Of a stretch of DNA of 64,000 bases, positions 19,107-29,544 are shown piece by piece. Each line of letters begins with the position of its first letter. Position 1 is the first letter of the stretch. A program made the translations under genes and the position numbers. Source of the stretch: an uncultured bacterium (GTDB lineage Bacteria > Zhuqueibacterota > QNDG01 > JAGLOF01); contig CAZUMH010000002.1 in the NCBI GenBank assembly GCA_964621645.1, positions 8,928 through 72,927 on the forward strand, in the 5' to 3' direction. The notes below the pieces were generated by a model. It was not told where the DNA came from and did no database searches. It was given only the letters and a program-made list of their open reading frames with translations.

Positions 19107-21461
19107 ATGAATACAAATGAAGACGGATTCCTAAAGGAACTGCTTGCCATGTTCAAGATCGAGGCCGAGGAACACATCAAGGCCATTACTCTCGGTCTCT
19201 TGGAACTTGAGAAAGCGGAGGACGTCAGCCGTTGTAAAACGGTTCTTGAAACGATCTACCGGGAAGCGCACAGCCTGAAAGGCGCGGCTCGGGCGGTGAA
19301 TCTTCAGGAAGTTGAGTCTCTTTGCCAGACATTGGAAAGCGTGTTTGCCCTGATTAAACGGCAGGAACTGGCGCTGAATCATGAACTCTTCGATGTACTG
19401 CACAACGCCGTAGACGGCGTGGAAACGCTGGTGGAGAAGGGGAAGCTGCCGCAATTGGGTGAACTCATGAGCAAACTCACCAGCATAGAAGAAGGCCGTC
19501 CCGCAACCTCTGTGAAACCATCTGCGCCGGTACCCGAGAAAGTGGAAGTCAAAGAGGCTGAGAAATCAAAATCTGCTGCAGCGGCAGTTGAACCATCGGT
19601 ACCGGAAAAGGCGGTTCCTGAAGAGACTAAACCAGCCGAACCGGCTCCGGAAGTCGCGGAGCCGTCCACGGAGGCACCAGATACTCCTTTGCCTACGGTG
19701 GAATTTTCAGATACAATTCGTCTTCCTGTCTCAAAATTAGATTCTATTCTTCTCCAGGCTGAGGAGATGCTGGGAGCCAAACTGGCTGCCGATCAATATG
19801 TGAATGATCTAAGAGGACTTTCATCTTTCCTTTCCTTGTGGAACCGTGAGCTGGAGAAGGAACGTTTGCACGCTTCTGCTGCTTTTCGTCAAACGGAAAG
19901 GGAAATCGATGACGGAAGGGATATTTCGCAGCTGGTGGGCTGGAACCAGGAACAGGTGAAGTCTTTAGAACTGCGCCTGAGCATGATGAGCAAAAACGCC
20001 GAAAACAACTCCAGGCTTCTGGATGGTATGATCAACAGCCTGCTGGAGGATATGAAACAGATTCTCATGCTGCCGTTTTCCACTCTTCTTAAAATGATGC
20101 CGAAGATCGTACGAGATCTCTCCAGGGACCAGCGCAAGGAAGTACAGCTCATTTCAAAGGGCAGCACCGTAGAGGTGGACCGCCGTATCCTGGAAGAGAT
20201 GAAGGATCCGCTCATCCATCTGTTCCGGAATTGCATCGACCACGGCTTGGAGAAACCGGACGAGCGCCGGAAAAAAGGAAAGGATCCAACCGGGACCCTT
20301 TCCATTGTAGTCAGTCAGAAAAGCGGTGACAAGGTACTGATTGAGGTCAATGACGATGGTCACGGTATTGATGCGGACGTGATTAAAAAAACGGCGATTA
20401 AGCGGGGCGTGATTACCAAGGCCATAGCGGCTGATATGAGTGAAGCGGAGGCTCTGCAGCTGATCTTTCAGTCCGATTTCTCCACCAGCCCCATCATTAC
20501 CGATATTTCCGGTAGAGGATTGGGAATGGCCATAGTGCGGGAGAAAGTGGAAAAACTCGGCGGTACCCTGACCATTGAAACAAAAGTCGGTGAAGGGACG
20601 TCGTTCAGCATGCTTCTCCCGGTGACCGTGGCTACGTTCAGGGGCATTCTGGTGAAATCCTCCGGTTTCAGTTTTGTCATTCCCACTCATCAGGTGGAAT
20701 CAACGCTGCGGATCAGGAGGGACAGTATTAAGACAGTTGAAAATCGCGAGACGCTTATGCTGGGGGGGCAGGCCATTTCTCTTCTTCCCCTTTCAGATGT
20801 TTTGGAGCTGCCAAAACTTAAGAAAGAAAAGGAAAAGAGTGATTATGTCCAGGTGATGATTATCAGCGCAAACGACGAGCAGGTCGGTTTTTACGTCGAT
20901 AAGGTAATGAAAGAACAGGAAGTGCTGGTAAAAGGACTGGGTAACCAGCTCCAGAGGGTTCGTAATATTGCCGGTGCAACGATTCTTGGTGACGGCAGGG
21001 TGGTAACTATCTTGAATGCAGCGGATCTTATAAAGTCCGCCCTAAAGGTAAAAGTCGTTTCTGGTCGGAGAACCGGAGCGCGGGAGGAGACTGTGGAACA
21101 GAAATCAATATTGATTGCGGAAGACTCAATAACGTCACGTACCTTGCTGAAGAACATTCTCACCACAGCAGGATACAATGTAACCGCGACTGTGGACGGC
21201 ATGGAGGCCTATACCACTCTGCGGGAAGGAGCATTCGATTTGGTTGTTTCGGACGTGGAAATGCCCCGAATGAACGGTTTCGATCTGGTGTCAAAGATTC
21301 GCCATGAAGAAAAGACTTTGGAACTGCCGGTTATTCTGGTTACAGGCCTTGAATCCAGGGAAGACCGGGAACGGGGTATCGAGGTCGGGGCCAATGCCTA
21401 TATCGTGAAACGCAGTTTTGATCAAAGCAATCTGCTTGAAGTAATTAAAAAACTTATCTAA
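19107..21461 (+). CDS. cheA: Hybrid CheA histidine kinase with a C-terminal receiver (P1-linker-P3-P4-P5-REC)
   Basis: Hpt His in REAHSLKGAAR, Pro/Glu-rich linker, extended dimerisation region, N-box HLFRNCIDHGLE, G-boxes (GRGLGMAIV), CheW-like P5, C-terminal REC (ILIAEDS...DLVVSDVEMP). Confidence 0.9.
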   Translation: MNTNEDGFLKELLAMFKIEAEEHIKAITLGLLELEKAEDVSRCKTVLETIYREAHSLKGAARAVNLQEVESLCQTLESVFALIKRQELALNHELFDVLHNAVDGVETLVEKGKLPQLGELMSKLTSIEEGRPATSVKPSAPVPEKVEVKEAEKSKSAAAAVEPSVPEKAVPEETKPAEPAPEVAEPSTEAPDTPLPTVEFSDTIRLPVSKLDSILLQAEEMLGAKLAADQYVNDLRGLSSFLSLWNRELEKERLHASAAFRQTEREIDDGRDISQLVGWNQEQVKSLELRLSMMSKNAENNSRLLDGMINSLLEDMKQILMLPFSTLLKMMPKIVRDLSRDQRKEVQLISKGSTVEVDRRILEEMKDPLIHLFRNCIDHGLEKPDERRKKGKDPTGTLSIVVSQKSGDKVLIEVNDDGHGIDADVIKKTAIKRGVITKAIAADMSEAEALQLIFQSDFSTSPIITDISGRGLGMAIVREKVEKLGGTLTIETKVGEGTSFSMLLPVTVATFRGILVKSSGFSFVIPTHQVESTLRIRRDSIKTVENRETLMLGGQAISLLPLSDVLELPKLKKEKEKSDYVQVMIISANDEQVGFYVDKVMKEQEVLVKGLGNQLQRVRNIAGATILGDGRVVTILNAADLIKSALKVKVVSGRRTGAREETVEQKSILIAEDSITSRTLLKNILTTAGYNVTATVDGMEAYTTLREGAFDLVVSDVEMPRMNGFDLVSKIRHEEKTLELPVILVTGLESREDRERGIEVGANAYIVKRSFDQSNLLEVIKKLI

Positions 21462-21480
21462 TGGGAGATCGGGCTCTCGC

Positions 21481-22560
21481 ATGATCAAAGTACTTATTAC
21501 AGATGATTCACCGGTTGTCAGGGGATACTTAAAATACATCCTTAGTTCCGATAAAGATATACAGGTCATCGGAGAAGCCAGGAATGGCAAGGAGGCGGTG
21601 GAACGGGTACAGGAAGAAAAACCGGATGTAGTCACCATGGATATCCATATGCCGCAGATGGATGGATTTGAGGCTACTCGCAGGATCATGGAAACCAATC
21701 CCGTCCCCATTGTCATCTGCAGTGCCAGCTGGAATCCGGAAGAAGTCGACAAGACGTTCCGGACCATGGAGGCGGGCGCCGTGGCGGCTCTGGAGAAACC
21801 ACGGGGCATGGGACATCCCGATTCCGATTCTTCCGTAAAGACGCTCCTGCGCACTGTAAAAGCAATGGCCGATGTCAAGGTGGTGCGGCGCTGGTCCAAG
21901 AAGAAACGTGAACAGCATCCACCCAGGCCGGTGTCACCGTCGCCTCAACCGGCTCGGCAGGTGAGCCGGACAGTCGTACCCGCGGTATTGCCGTCTAAAG
22001 GGATTCAGGTCGTCGCAATCGGGGCTTCCACCGGGGGACCCATGGCCCTGCAAACGATCCTTTCCGGACTGCCAGCGGATTTCAAGGTTCCGGTGCTCAT
22101 TGTGCAGCATATCGCTCCCGGGTTTCTGGCCGGTCTGGGCAGCTGGCTCACGACCAGCACCGGATATCAGGTGGTAGTGCCTGAGGATGGAGAAGCCATG
22201 ATTCCGGGTACGGCCTATCTCGCTCCCGATGATTTCCAGCTGGGTGTACGCGGAGAGCATAAGATTCTTCTGCGCCAGGATCCTCCGGAAAACAATCTCC
22301 GGCCGGCTGTTTCGTATCTGTTCCGCAGCGTGGCCGAAAAATATGGAAAAAACTCATTAGGCGTTCTGCTTACCGGGATGGGTAAAGACGGCGCCGCTGA
22401 GCTTAAGCAGATAGCCGATGCCGGAGGCATAACCATTGCCCAGGACAAAGCTACTTCCATTGTGCACGGCATGCCCGGAGAGGCAATTCGTCTGGGTGCA
22501 GCGACCCATGTCGAGTCAATTCAGAATATTTCGGAAAAGTTGAAAACATTAGTTAATTGA
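21481..22560 (+). CDS. cheB: CheB protein-glutamate methylesterase (REC + CheB catalytic domain)
   Basis: N-terminal receiver (VLITDDS...[10 protein letters not shown]), then the methylesterase core (GASTGGP...[10 protein letters not shown]...GMGKDGA). Confidence 0.9.
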   Translation: MIKVLITDDSPVVRGYLKYILSSDKDIQVIGEARNGKEAVERVQEEKPDVVTMDIHMPQMDGFEATRRIMETNPVPIVICSASWNPEEVDKTFRTMEAGAVAALEKPRGMGHPDSDSSVKTLLRTVKAMADVKVVRRWSKKKREQHPPRPVSPSPQPARQVSRTVVPAVLPSKGIQVVAIGASTGGPMALQTILSGLPADFKVPVLIVQHIAPGFLAGLGSWLTTSTGYQVVVPEDGEAMIPGTAYLAPDDFQLGVRGEHKILLRQDPPENNLRPAVSYLFRSVAEKYGKNSLGVLLTGMGKDGAAELKQIADAGGITIAQDKATSIVHGMPGEAIRLGAATHVESIQNISEKLKTLVN

Positions 22561-22570
22561 GGATACGGAA

Positions 22571-25500
22571 ATGGAAGCTTTTAAAAGCAGCCCCGTCCGA
22601 CATATTGAGATTTTGGTTGTGGAGGACAGCCCCACTCAGGCAATGCATCTGAAACACATCCTTATGAAAGCGGGGTATGAAGTTACGGTACAACGCAACG
22701 GTAAGGATGCCCTGAGCTACATGCGGGAGCATAAGCCGACCATCGTGATAAGCGATATTCTGATGCCGGAGATGGACGGATATGAACTTTGCCGTCAGAT
22801 CAGGGCGGATGCCAATCTTCAGTATATTCCGGTGATTTTGCTCACCCAACTTTTCGATCCCCGTGATGTAATCCGCGGGCTTCTGAGCGGTGCTGATAAC
22901 TTCGTCACCAAACCCTACAGTGATCAATTTCTCATATCACGTATCCAGTACATCCTGGCGAACCAGGAACTCAGACAGAACTCCATAACAGAGATGGGCA
23001 TAGAGATTATTTTCGCTGGTCAGAAGCATTTCATCACCTCTGACCGTATGCAGATTCTCGACCTGCTTTTCTCTACTTTTGAGAATGCGGTGCAGCGGAA
23101 CCAGGAACTGGAAGCGGCCAATAAGAAATTGCGCAAGGCATTGGAAACAATTGAAACCATCAATGATGTCTCACAGAAACTGAACCGCATGCTGACCCCC
23201 CAGGATGTCGCTAAGGCTATCACTGTGGGAGTGAAAAGACTCATTGATTATGACAATTGTGTAGTCTACCAGATCGATGAGGAAGGCAAGTTTCTCGTTC
23301 CGCTGTTCCGGGGAAAAGGAACCAGCCAGGAAAAGGGTGTCATTAAAAAGGTGAAAGTAGGTGAAGGGATCCCCGGCTGGGTGTATGCCCAGGGCAAGCC
23401 CGAGCTGGTCGTCGACGTTGCCAAGCACCCCAAATCGAATTATAAGAGCGGTGTCATTCCGCCGGATGAATCAATGCTGGCCGTTCCCATGCAGTATGAG
23501 GATATGACCACAGGAATTATCCTTCTTAGCAAATCTGGGCTGCATCAATTTACCGAAGAGCATATGCGTACTCTGACAATCCTGGCAGGACAGGCGGCTG
23601 TGGCCATCGAGAATGGACGTCTGCTGCAGGAAGAGAGACGGAGGACCAGACAGCTCTCCCTGATCAATGAGATTTCCAAGAAAGCGGTGTCCACTCTCGA
23701 AATGGTGCAGCTGGGGCGTCTGGTGGTGGATTCTATCAGTAATGAATTTGATGACACGCACGTAATGCTGTTCTTGAACGACGATTCCAAGGAGGAACTG
23801 TTCCTGCAGGCGCAACAGGGACCGCTGGCAAAGAAGATCCCCGATCATAGCCGTCTCCCGGTGAATAAACGGGCCAAGGGTAAATCAACTGCCTGGAGTG
23901 AAGCGGTACTTGCCAAGAATAGTAAACAACTTGATATCGGTTTGAATGTCGACGGAGTTGAATCCCTTCTCAGTATCCCCGTGAAAAAAGGTGACAAGCT
24001 GCTTGGAGTACTCATCATGATGAGTACACGCTCGGGCAAATTCGATGAGAAAGATCAGTCCATGATAAAGATGCTCGCCGATCAGATCGCTATGTCGATT
24101 GAGAACGCCCGCCTCTATGAGAGTGAAAAGAGCAGCAAGGAACTGGCGCAGGGCGCCAACCGGGCCAAGAGTGAATTTCTGGCTAACATGAGCCATGAAA
24201 TCCGTACCCCTATGAATTCCATCATTGGTTTCTCGGATCTTCTTCTGCAGGAGAACCTGCCGGAAGAACTGGGAGATTTCGTGCGAACCATCAAGTTGAA
24301 CGGCGAGAGCCTCCTTGAGATCATCAACCAGATACTCGATTTGGCCAAGGTGGAGACCGGCCGTATGGATATGGAGCAGATAGAATTCGATCTTCAGGAT
24401 CAAGTCGAGAGGGTTGTTCAGCTCCTGCGTCCCCGAGTGCTTGATAAAGGTTTGACGTTTGAGGTCAAGAGCGATCCTCATTCACTGCCCCTGGTGGAGG
24501 GTGACAGCTTGAAGATTCGTCAGGTCATGGTAAACCTGCTGGGGAACGCGGTGAAATTTACCGAAGAGGGCAGCATTTGTCTCAATGTTTCGATTGGTAA
24601 AAAGGATAAGCAGGATATGCTTACGGTCATGGTCGTCGATACCGGTATCGGTATTCATCAGGAGAAACTGTCGGCTATATTCGATTCATTCACTCAGGCG
24701 GATAGTTCCATGACCCGCCGTTTCGGCGGTACCGGATTAGGGCTGGCCATCAGCAAGCAGATGGTTGAGTTGATGGGTGGTCAGATCTGGGTGGAATCTG
24801 AACTCGGCCACGGCAGCACCTTCGGCTTCACCGTTCCGATAAAGACTCTTGTATCCAACACTGAGCCGGTCCAGAAAAAGAAAGGGAAAACGGGGGCTAA
24901 GACCGCCAAACAGTCCGCGAAACCGAAACAGAAGACCGAAATGAAGCGGGAGACGGATAAGGAGGCAAAGAATCCTTCTGTCCTGCTGATCGAAGACAAC
25001 GGCGGTGCCATGGATCTGCTGCGCCGTTATCTGGAACGGGATGGGTATAACGTTGAGTGCAGCACCACCGGCGAAGACGGCCTCATGAAAGCAAAATTCT
25101 ATCGCCCCGATGCCATCATCCTTGAGATTCTTTTACCGGGCAAGATGGATGGCTGGGAGGTGCTCAGAAATCTCAAGTCCGGTCAGCTGACCAGAGATAT
25201 TCCCGTCATTGTCTGTTCGGTGCTTTCCAACCCGAAAAAAGCCTTCAGTCTGGGAGCGGTTGAGTATATCGAGAAGCCGGCTCAGGAAGCTGAATTGCTG
25301 CAGACACTGCATAACAGTGTCGGTATACCTGACAGCAAGGGCAAAGAGGTGGTGGTCGTGGACGACGATCCCACCGTCCTGAACCTGTTCGAGAAGATGT
25401 TCAATCGGCAGAATGTTCCTGTGCGTACTTTCAGTGACGGGAACAAAGTCCTCGATTATCTGAAAGAAGGCAAAAAAGTCGGATTGGTCATCCTCGATCT

Positions 25501-26479
25501 TCTCATGCCGGAAGTGGATGGATTCGAGGTTCTCAACAAGATAAAATCCTCCGAGAAGACACGGGATATTCCCGTTGTCATCTATACGGGTAAGAAACTG
25601 ACCTCCAAGGACCGTTCCCGGTTGAGTCACGATTATGAACTTATCCTGCAGAAGACGGAAGAGACCCCCGAAACACTGTTGAAACAGCTGAAGGAACTCG
25701 TCACGGCTGGCAAGATTAAACGGGCCATCGAGAAGAAGGCACCCCAGAAAGTCGGCAGCAAGAGACTGCTCCTGGCCGAGGATGATCCCTCCGGACAGAA
25801 GCTTATGCGGCATCTGCTGGCCCAGCTGGGCTACACCGCTGATGTGGCCGGTACCGGACAGGAGGTACTCAATCTGCTCGAGAAAAATGAATACGGTCTT
25901 GTTTTAATGGACATGGAAATGCCGGTGATGGATGGATTTACAGCCACACGCAAAATACGCATGATGAAAAAATACGAGGATTTGACCATTATCGCGCTTA
26001 CGGCCCATGCCATGAAGGAACATCGCCAGAAGACGCTGGAGGCCGGGTGTACCGATTATGCTTCCAAACCAGTAAGCAGGCAAGTCCTGAGTGAGCTGTT
26101 GACCAAGTATCTGGGGCCGGTGGAGGTAGAGCAGGTCGCTGACGAAAAAGTATCCCAAAAGGTCGAGACAGTGTCAACCCAGCCGTGCGAAGAGGATGAT
26201 GATCCGCTCATGAAGGAGCTGACCGAATTCTTTGTCAGCGATCTGGGACGCAAGATGGTGCAGTTCGAAAAGGATCTGGTGGAGCAAAATCAGGATGAGG
26301 TAACCCGTTTTGGCCATTCACTCAAGGGTACGGCCGGATCCTATGGTTTCAAGCAATTCTCCGTCTGGGGTGGAGAAATCGAGAAAGCGGCCCAAGTAGG
26401 GGAGTGGCAGAAAATAAAAGAGCTTCAAGCCAAGTTGAAAGAAGAGTTTTCAAAGTTGGAGTACAATAATGACGCCTGA
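22571..26479 (+). CDS. Multidomain hybrid sensor kinase: REC-GAF-GAF-HisKA-HATPase-REC-REC-REC-Hpt
   Basis: N-terminal REC (ILVVEDS..ISDILMP), two GAF-like modules, H-box [12 protein letters not shown]-box GTGLGLAIS, three further receivers ([24 protein letters not shown]...LMDMEMP) and a C-terminal Hpt ([14 protein letters not shown]). Confidence 0.85.
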   Translation: MEAFKSSPVRHIEILVVEDSPTQAMHLKHILMKAGYEVTVQRNGKDALSYMREHKPTIVISDILMPEMDGYELCRQIRADANLQYIPVILLTQLFDPRDVIRGLLSGADNFVTKPYSDQFLISRIQYILANQELRQNSITEMGIEIIFAGQKHFITSDRMQILDLLFSTFENAVQRNQELEAANKKLRKALETIETINDVSQKLNRMLTPQDVAKAITVGVKRLIDYDNCVVYQIDEEGKFLVPLFRGKGTSQEKGVIKKVKVGEGIPGWVYAQGKPELVVDVAKHPKSNYKSGVIPPDESMLAVPMQYEDMTTGIILLSKSGLHQFTEEHMRTLTILAGQAAVAIENGRLLQEERRRTRQLSLINEISKKAVSTLEMVQLGRLVVDSISNEFDDTHVMLFLNDDSKEELFLQAQQGPLAKKIPDHSRLPVNKRAKGKSTAWSEAVLAKNSKQLDIGLNVDGVESLLSIPVKKGDKLLGVLIMMSTRSGKFDEKDQSMIKMLADQIAMSIENARLYESEKSSKELAQGANRAKSEFLANMSHEIRTPMNSIIGFSDLLLQENLPEELGDFVRTIKLNGESLLEIINQILDLAKVETGRMDMEQIEFDLQDQVERVVQLLRPRVLDKGLTFEVKSDPHSLPLVEGDSLKIRQVMVNLLGNAVKFTEEGSICLNVSIGKKDKQDMLTVMVVDTGIGIHQEKLSAIFDSFTQADSSMTRRFGGTGLGLAISKQMVELMGGQIWVESELGHGSTFGFTVPIKTLVSNTEPVQKKKGKTGAKTAKQSAKPKQKTEMKRETDKEAKNPSVLLIEDNGGAMDLLRRYLERDGYNVECSTTGEDGLMKAKFYRPDAIILEILLPGKMDGWEVLRNLKSGQLTRDIPVIVCSVLSNPKKAFSLGAVEYIEKPAQEAELLQTLHNSVGIPDSKGKEVVVVDDDPTVLNLFEKMFNRQNVPVRTFSDGNKVLDYLKEGKKVGLVILDLLMPEVDGFEVLNKIKSSEKTRDIPVVIYTGKKLTSKDRSRLSHDYELILQKTEETPETLLKQLKELVTAGKIKRAIEKKAPQKVGSKRLLLAEDDPSGQKLMRHLLAQLGYTADVAGTGQEVLNLLEKNEYGLVLMDMEMPVMDGFTATRKIRMMKKYEDLTIIALTAHAMKEHRQKTLEAGCTDYASKPVSRQVLSELLTKYLGPVEVEQVADEKVSQKVETVSTQPCEEDDDPLMKELTEFFVSDLGRKMVQFEKDLVEQNQDEVTRFGHSLKGTAGSYGFKQFSVWGGEIEKAAQVGEWQKIKELQAKLKEEFSKLEYNNDA

Positions 26480-27536
26480 ACACATGACAATATTGACGGT
26501 TGATGACACGCCGGCTAATATCCGTCTGCTAACCCATTACCTGCATAAACAGGGCTATCGGGTGATAACCGCCGAAGACGGTTTTGAAGGATTTAAAGCC
26601 GCAATCAAGCACAAGCCGGATCTCATCCTGCTGGATGTCATGATGCCCGGTACCGACGGCTACGAAGTCTGTGAACTGCTGAAGACAGAGGAAGAGACAA
26701 GGGATATACCGGTTGTCTTTCTCACAGCCAAAGCGGAAGTGGAAGATCGCATCCGCGGGTTCGAAATGGGCGCGATGGATTATATCACCAAACCGTTTAA
26801 TCTCACTGAAATAGCCACGCGGGTACAAACACAGCTGGAATTATGTTACCTGAAACAACAAAACCGCCGCTACAGCGCCGCTTTTGATCAGTCCAGTTCT
26901 CTGCTTTCCATGGGGATACTGGCTCAGAGACTTTTACAGCAGGCCGACCGGGAACTGGATGAGCTCAGTAAAAAGGTCGGATCTAGTGACAAGGATCTTG
27001 ATAAAACCCTGAAACAGGTTAATGTGACAACGAAGTCCTGTCGAACCCTGCATAACAGGATGAGCAGCATTGCCCAGGCTACCAAGAGAACGCCCCTTTC
27101 GGTACTTTTAAACGACGCCGTGGATCTGGTTCAATACCGTTTGGGGGATGATCTACCGCTGCGCTTCGAAAAACCGGATTCCGATATGCTGGTGTTCAGC
27201 CATCCCGGACTCAGCATGCACGGGCTGTCGGAACTGATGATTTTTGGCTTTACCTTGGCGGAAGAGACCGATTTGATCGAAGTAAGCCATGGAGAGAAGG
27301 AAGAAAATCAAGAGGGTTCCTTCGTCCCCATCTTCATTCGGACCGAAGGCAGGATCGAGGCCGTGGTTCCGGAGATCACCGAGATAGATACTGTCCTGAC
27401 CGACCTGAACGGAAACGACGCCACTTACGCTCTTACGGCCGCCATTCTGGCTCTGCGGGCGGCGGGAAGCGGAGTTGATTCTTCTTTCAAAAATGGGGAA
27501 TTGCTCTTCAAGGTTTTTCTGCCGGTTGCCAACTAG
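26469..27536 (+). CDS. Response regulator: N-terminal REC fused to an about 230-aa C-terminal domain resembling a degenerate histidine-kinase module with no catalytic His
   Basis: REC motifs ([18 protein letters not shown] and K present); the C-terminus has a DHp-like helix ([15 protein letters not shown], no His) and a GHKL-like alpha/beta tail. Confidence 0.7.
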   Translation: MTPEHMTILTVDDTPANIRLLTHYLHKQGYRVITAEDGFEGFKAAIKHKPDLILLDVMMPGTDGYEVCELLKTEEETRDIPVVFLTAKAEVEDRIRGFEMGAMDYITKPFNLTEIATRVQTQLELCYLKQQNRRYSAAFDQSSSLLSMGILAQRLLQQADRELDELSKKVGSSDKDLDKTLKQVNVTTKSCRTLHNRMSSIAQATKRTPLSVLLNDAVDLVQYRLGDDLPLRFEKPDSDMLVFSHPGLSMHGLSELMIFGFTLAEETDLIEVSHGEKEENQEGSFVPIFIRTEGRIEAVVPEITEIDTVLTDLNGNDATYALTAAILALRAAGSGVDSSFKNGELLFKVFLPVAN

Positions 27537-27989
27537 AGCATTATTGTAAATAAAGATCCGATATCCCGTCTGTCAGCTGGATGGAAGATCCAGCATCCTG
27601 AAAAAGTGATTTTATCTCCTTTCCATCCCGTTATAATATCCAGGTAGTCATCGTTTTATAATCTTTACAATAATATACCGTCACCCCCGGATGCTCTCTG
27701 CCGAAAACGGCCGGATGCCCCGTGCCTGTCTTGCTGATGTCCATTATTATATCGCCTGTCAAGGGTGTGTCCTACACCGCTGAAAAGGAGAGTAAACTCT
27801 TCCTTGCTTGCATGACGTCAATGAAGCGAAAAACATCCCGTGATACATTCAACAGAACTTTATTGAGGTTGTTTATGTCTTATTATTACAGATTTCTGCT
27901 GCGGCTGGAGTAAACAAGGAAATACTGGTTTACCAGTGAACATATTCATCCGGGAAAAAGTGTCGGCAATATTACTAAAATTATCATTC

Positions 27990-28001
27990 ATATCATGATA
28001 T
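27990..28001. promoter_or_regulatory. Perfect 12-bp palindrome ATATCATGATAT in the leader of the RND efflux operon; a candidate repressor operator
   Basis: The sequence is its own reverse complement; it sits about 125 nt upstream of the MFP start, inside a 590-bp AT-rich non-coding region. Confidence 0.3.
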
Positions 28002-28126
28002 CATTTTTGCGGCCGCCAATATGTAAATAAAAATATTTGCATTTTGTTGAAATAGAGATTATCTTTTTATTTATTTAAGGGAAACTCCAGGGATAAAACA
28101 CAGTATACTGATTGAGGAGGTGTCCC

Positions 28127-29368
28127 ATGACCATGATGGTCAGGTTTATTCAGAAAGCTTATAAACCCCTTACCGTAATCCTTCTCTTTGCACTCATAGT
28201 TGTCATCATCAAACGCACCGGCAAGAAAGAGGAAGGCGAGGTCACCTATAAATCGGATGAAAAGGCCCGTCAGCCCGTTTCGGTGCAGGTGGCGGAATGC
28301 TTCAGGGGCGAACTGGTAATGCGGGTCACGGCTGCTGGTCTGGTAAGGCCGGCCAGACAAACCGGGATCATCCCCAAGATCTCGGGGACGGTGGTTGAGC
28401 TGCTGGCGCGGGAAGGTGACCGGGTACAGAAGGGTGAGCTGCTGGTACGTTTGGATGATCGTGAAGCGAAGCTGGAATGGCTCAGCGCCAGAGATAATCT
28501 TTCCAAGGCCGAGGACAGTTTTGTGGAAAAGATTATGAGCAGCAGCGCCGCACTGGATGCACAAACTGACTCTCAGCCCGATTATATGAAGAAAATCGAT
28601 ACCATTGTCCGGGAACTGGAACGATCGGTCCAGCAGGGTACGGCCGATGAAAGCGACCTGGAAATGGCGCGGCTCTGGCAGTCCTCGATAAAAAATTTCA
28701 CCGATGAACGGGTGGAGGAACGGTGGGCCTCCAGCACCGGGCTTACCGCTGCCAAGATCGCCGTTGATCAGGCGAAATACCGGCTGGATCAATGCCGTGT
28801 CGTGGCGCCTTTTACCGGAATCCTCGGAGAGCAGGATATTTGTCTGGGGCAGGAGCTGAGCTCCGGTAAATCCATTTTTACTCTGGTGGATCTATCCGCC
28901 GTATATATGGCGGCCCAGTGTCTGGAAAGTGAGGTGGCCCACGTCCGGACAGGATCACGGGCCCAGGTGCGCCTCCCAGCTTTTCCGGGGGAAGTTTTCA
29001 ACGGCGAAGTTGTGTCCATCAATCCTATTGTGGATGAGAAAACCCGCACCTGCCGGATTACCGTAAAGATAGCGAATCCCGACAGACAGATCCGGGCCGG
29101 CATGTACGCTGAAGCCAGTCTTGAAGCGGCCCGCTATCAGGATCGGCTGCTGGTACCCCGGGCCGCGGTGCTGGAGCGGGACGGCCGCACCTTGGTCTTC
29201 ATCGCTCGCGAAGGTCTGGCCAAATGGTGTTATGTGGATCTGGGACTGAGCAACGACGAGTACTATGAAGTATTATCTTCAGCTTTCGATCTGAAAGCGG
29301 GGGAAAAGGTTCTCATCGAAGGGCATTATACCCTGGCACACGACTCACCCATAAAGATCATCGAATAA
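28127..29368 (+). CDS. RND efflux membrane-fusion protein (periplasmic adaptor, HlyD/AcrA family)
   Basis: SD GAGGAGG then ATG 28127; N-terminal TM anchor, coiled-coil hairpin, lipoyl and beta-barrel domains (VVAPFTGILGEQ..., VRTGSRAQVRLPAFPGEVFNGEVVSINP). Confidence 0.85.
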   Translation: MTMMVRFIQKAYKPLTVILLFALIVVIIKRTGKKEEGEVTYKSDEKARQPVSVQVAECFRGELVMRVTAAGLVRPARQTGIIPKISGTVVELLAREGDRVQKGELLVRLDDREAKLEWLSARDNLSKAEDSFVEKIMSSSAALDAQTDSQPDYMKKIDTIVRELERSVQQGTADESDLEMARLWQSSIKNFTDERVEERWASSTGLTAAKIAVDQAKYRLDQCRVVAPFTGILGEQDICLGQELSSGKSIFTLVDLSAVYMAAQCLESEVAHVRTGSRAQVRLPAFPGEVFNGEVVSINPIVDEKTRTCRITVKIANPDRQIRAGMYAEASLEAARYQDRLLVPRAAVLERDGRTLVFIAREGLAKWCYVDLGLSNDEYYEVLSSAFDLKAGEKVLIEGHYTLAHDSPIKIIE

Positions 29369-29544
29369 AAGCGGCTGATTCCAGGTAATCCAATCCCCTC
29401 TATGGATGTCAGATGGTAATCATCACGGATCCGGAATTTTTACTGATATTCCCGGAGCCGTTTCAGAGTGGTGAATTACTAATACATGTAATACTGGAAC
29501 CACATTAACCGAATCAGGCATTAAAACTCGACGGAGTAAGGTGC

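Noticed and set aside
20154-20690. 178-aa minus ORF in cheA and 226-aa minus ORF in the hybrid kinase (25133-25813)
   Set aside because: Antisense to genes with complete HATPase/REC motif sets.
27722-27913. 63-aa ORF in the RND leader region
   Set aside because: No RBS, low-complexity composition, lies in an AT-rich regulatory region; more likely non-coding.
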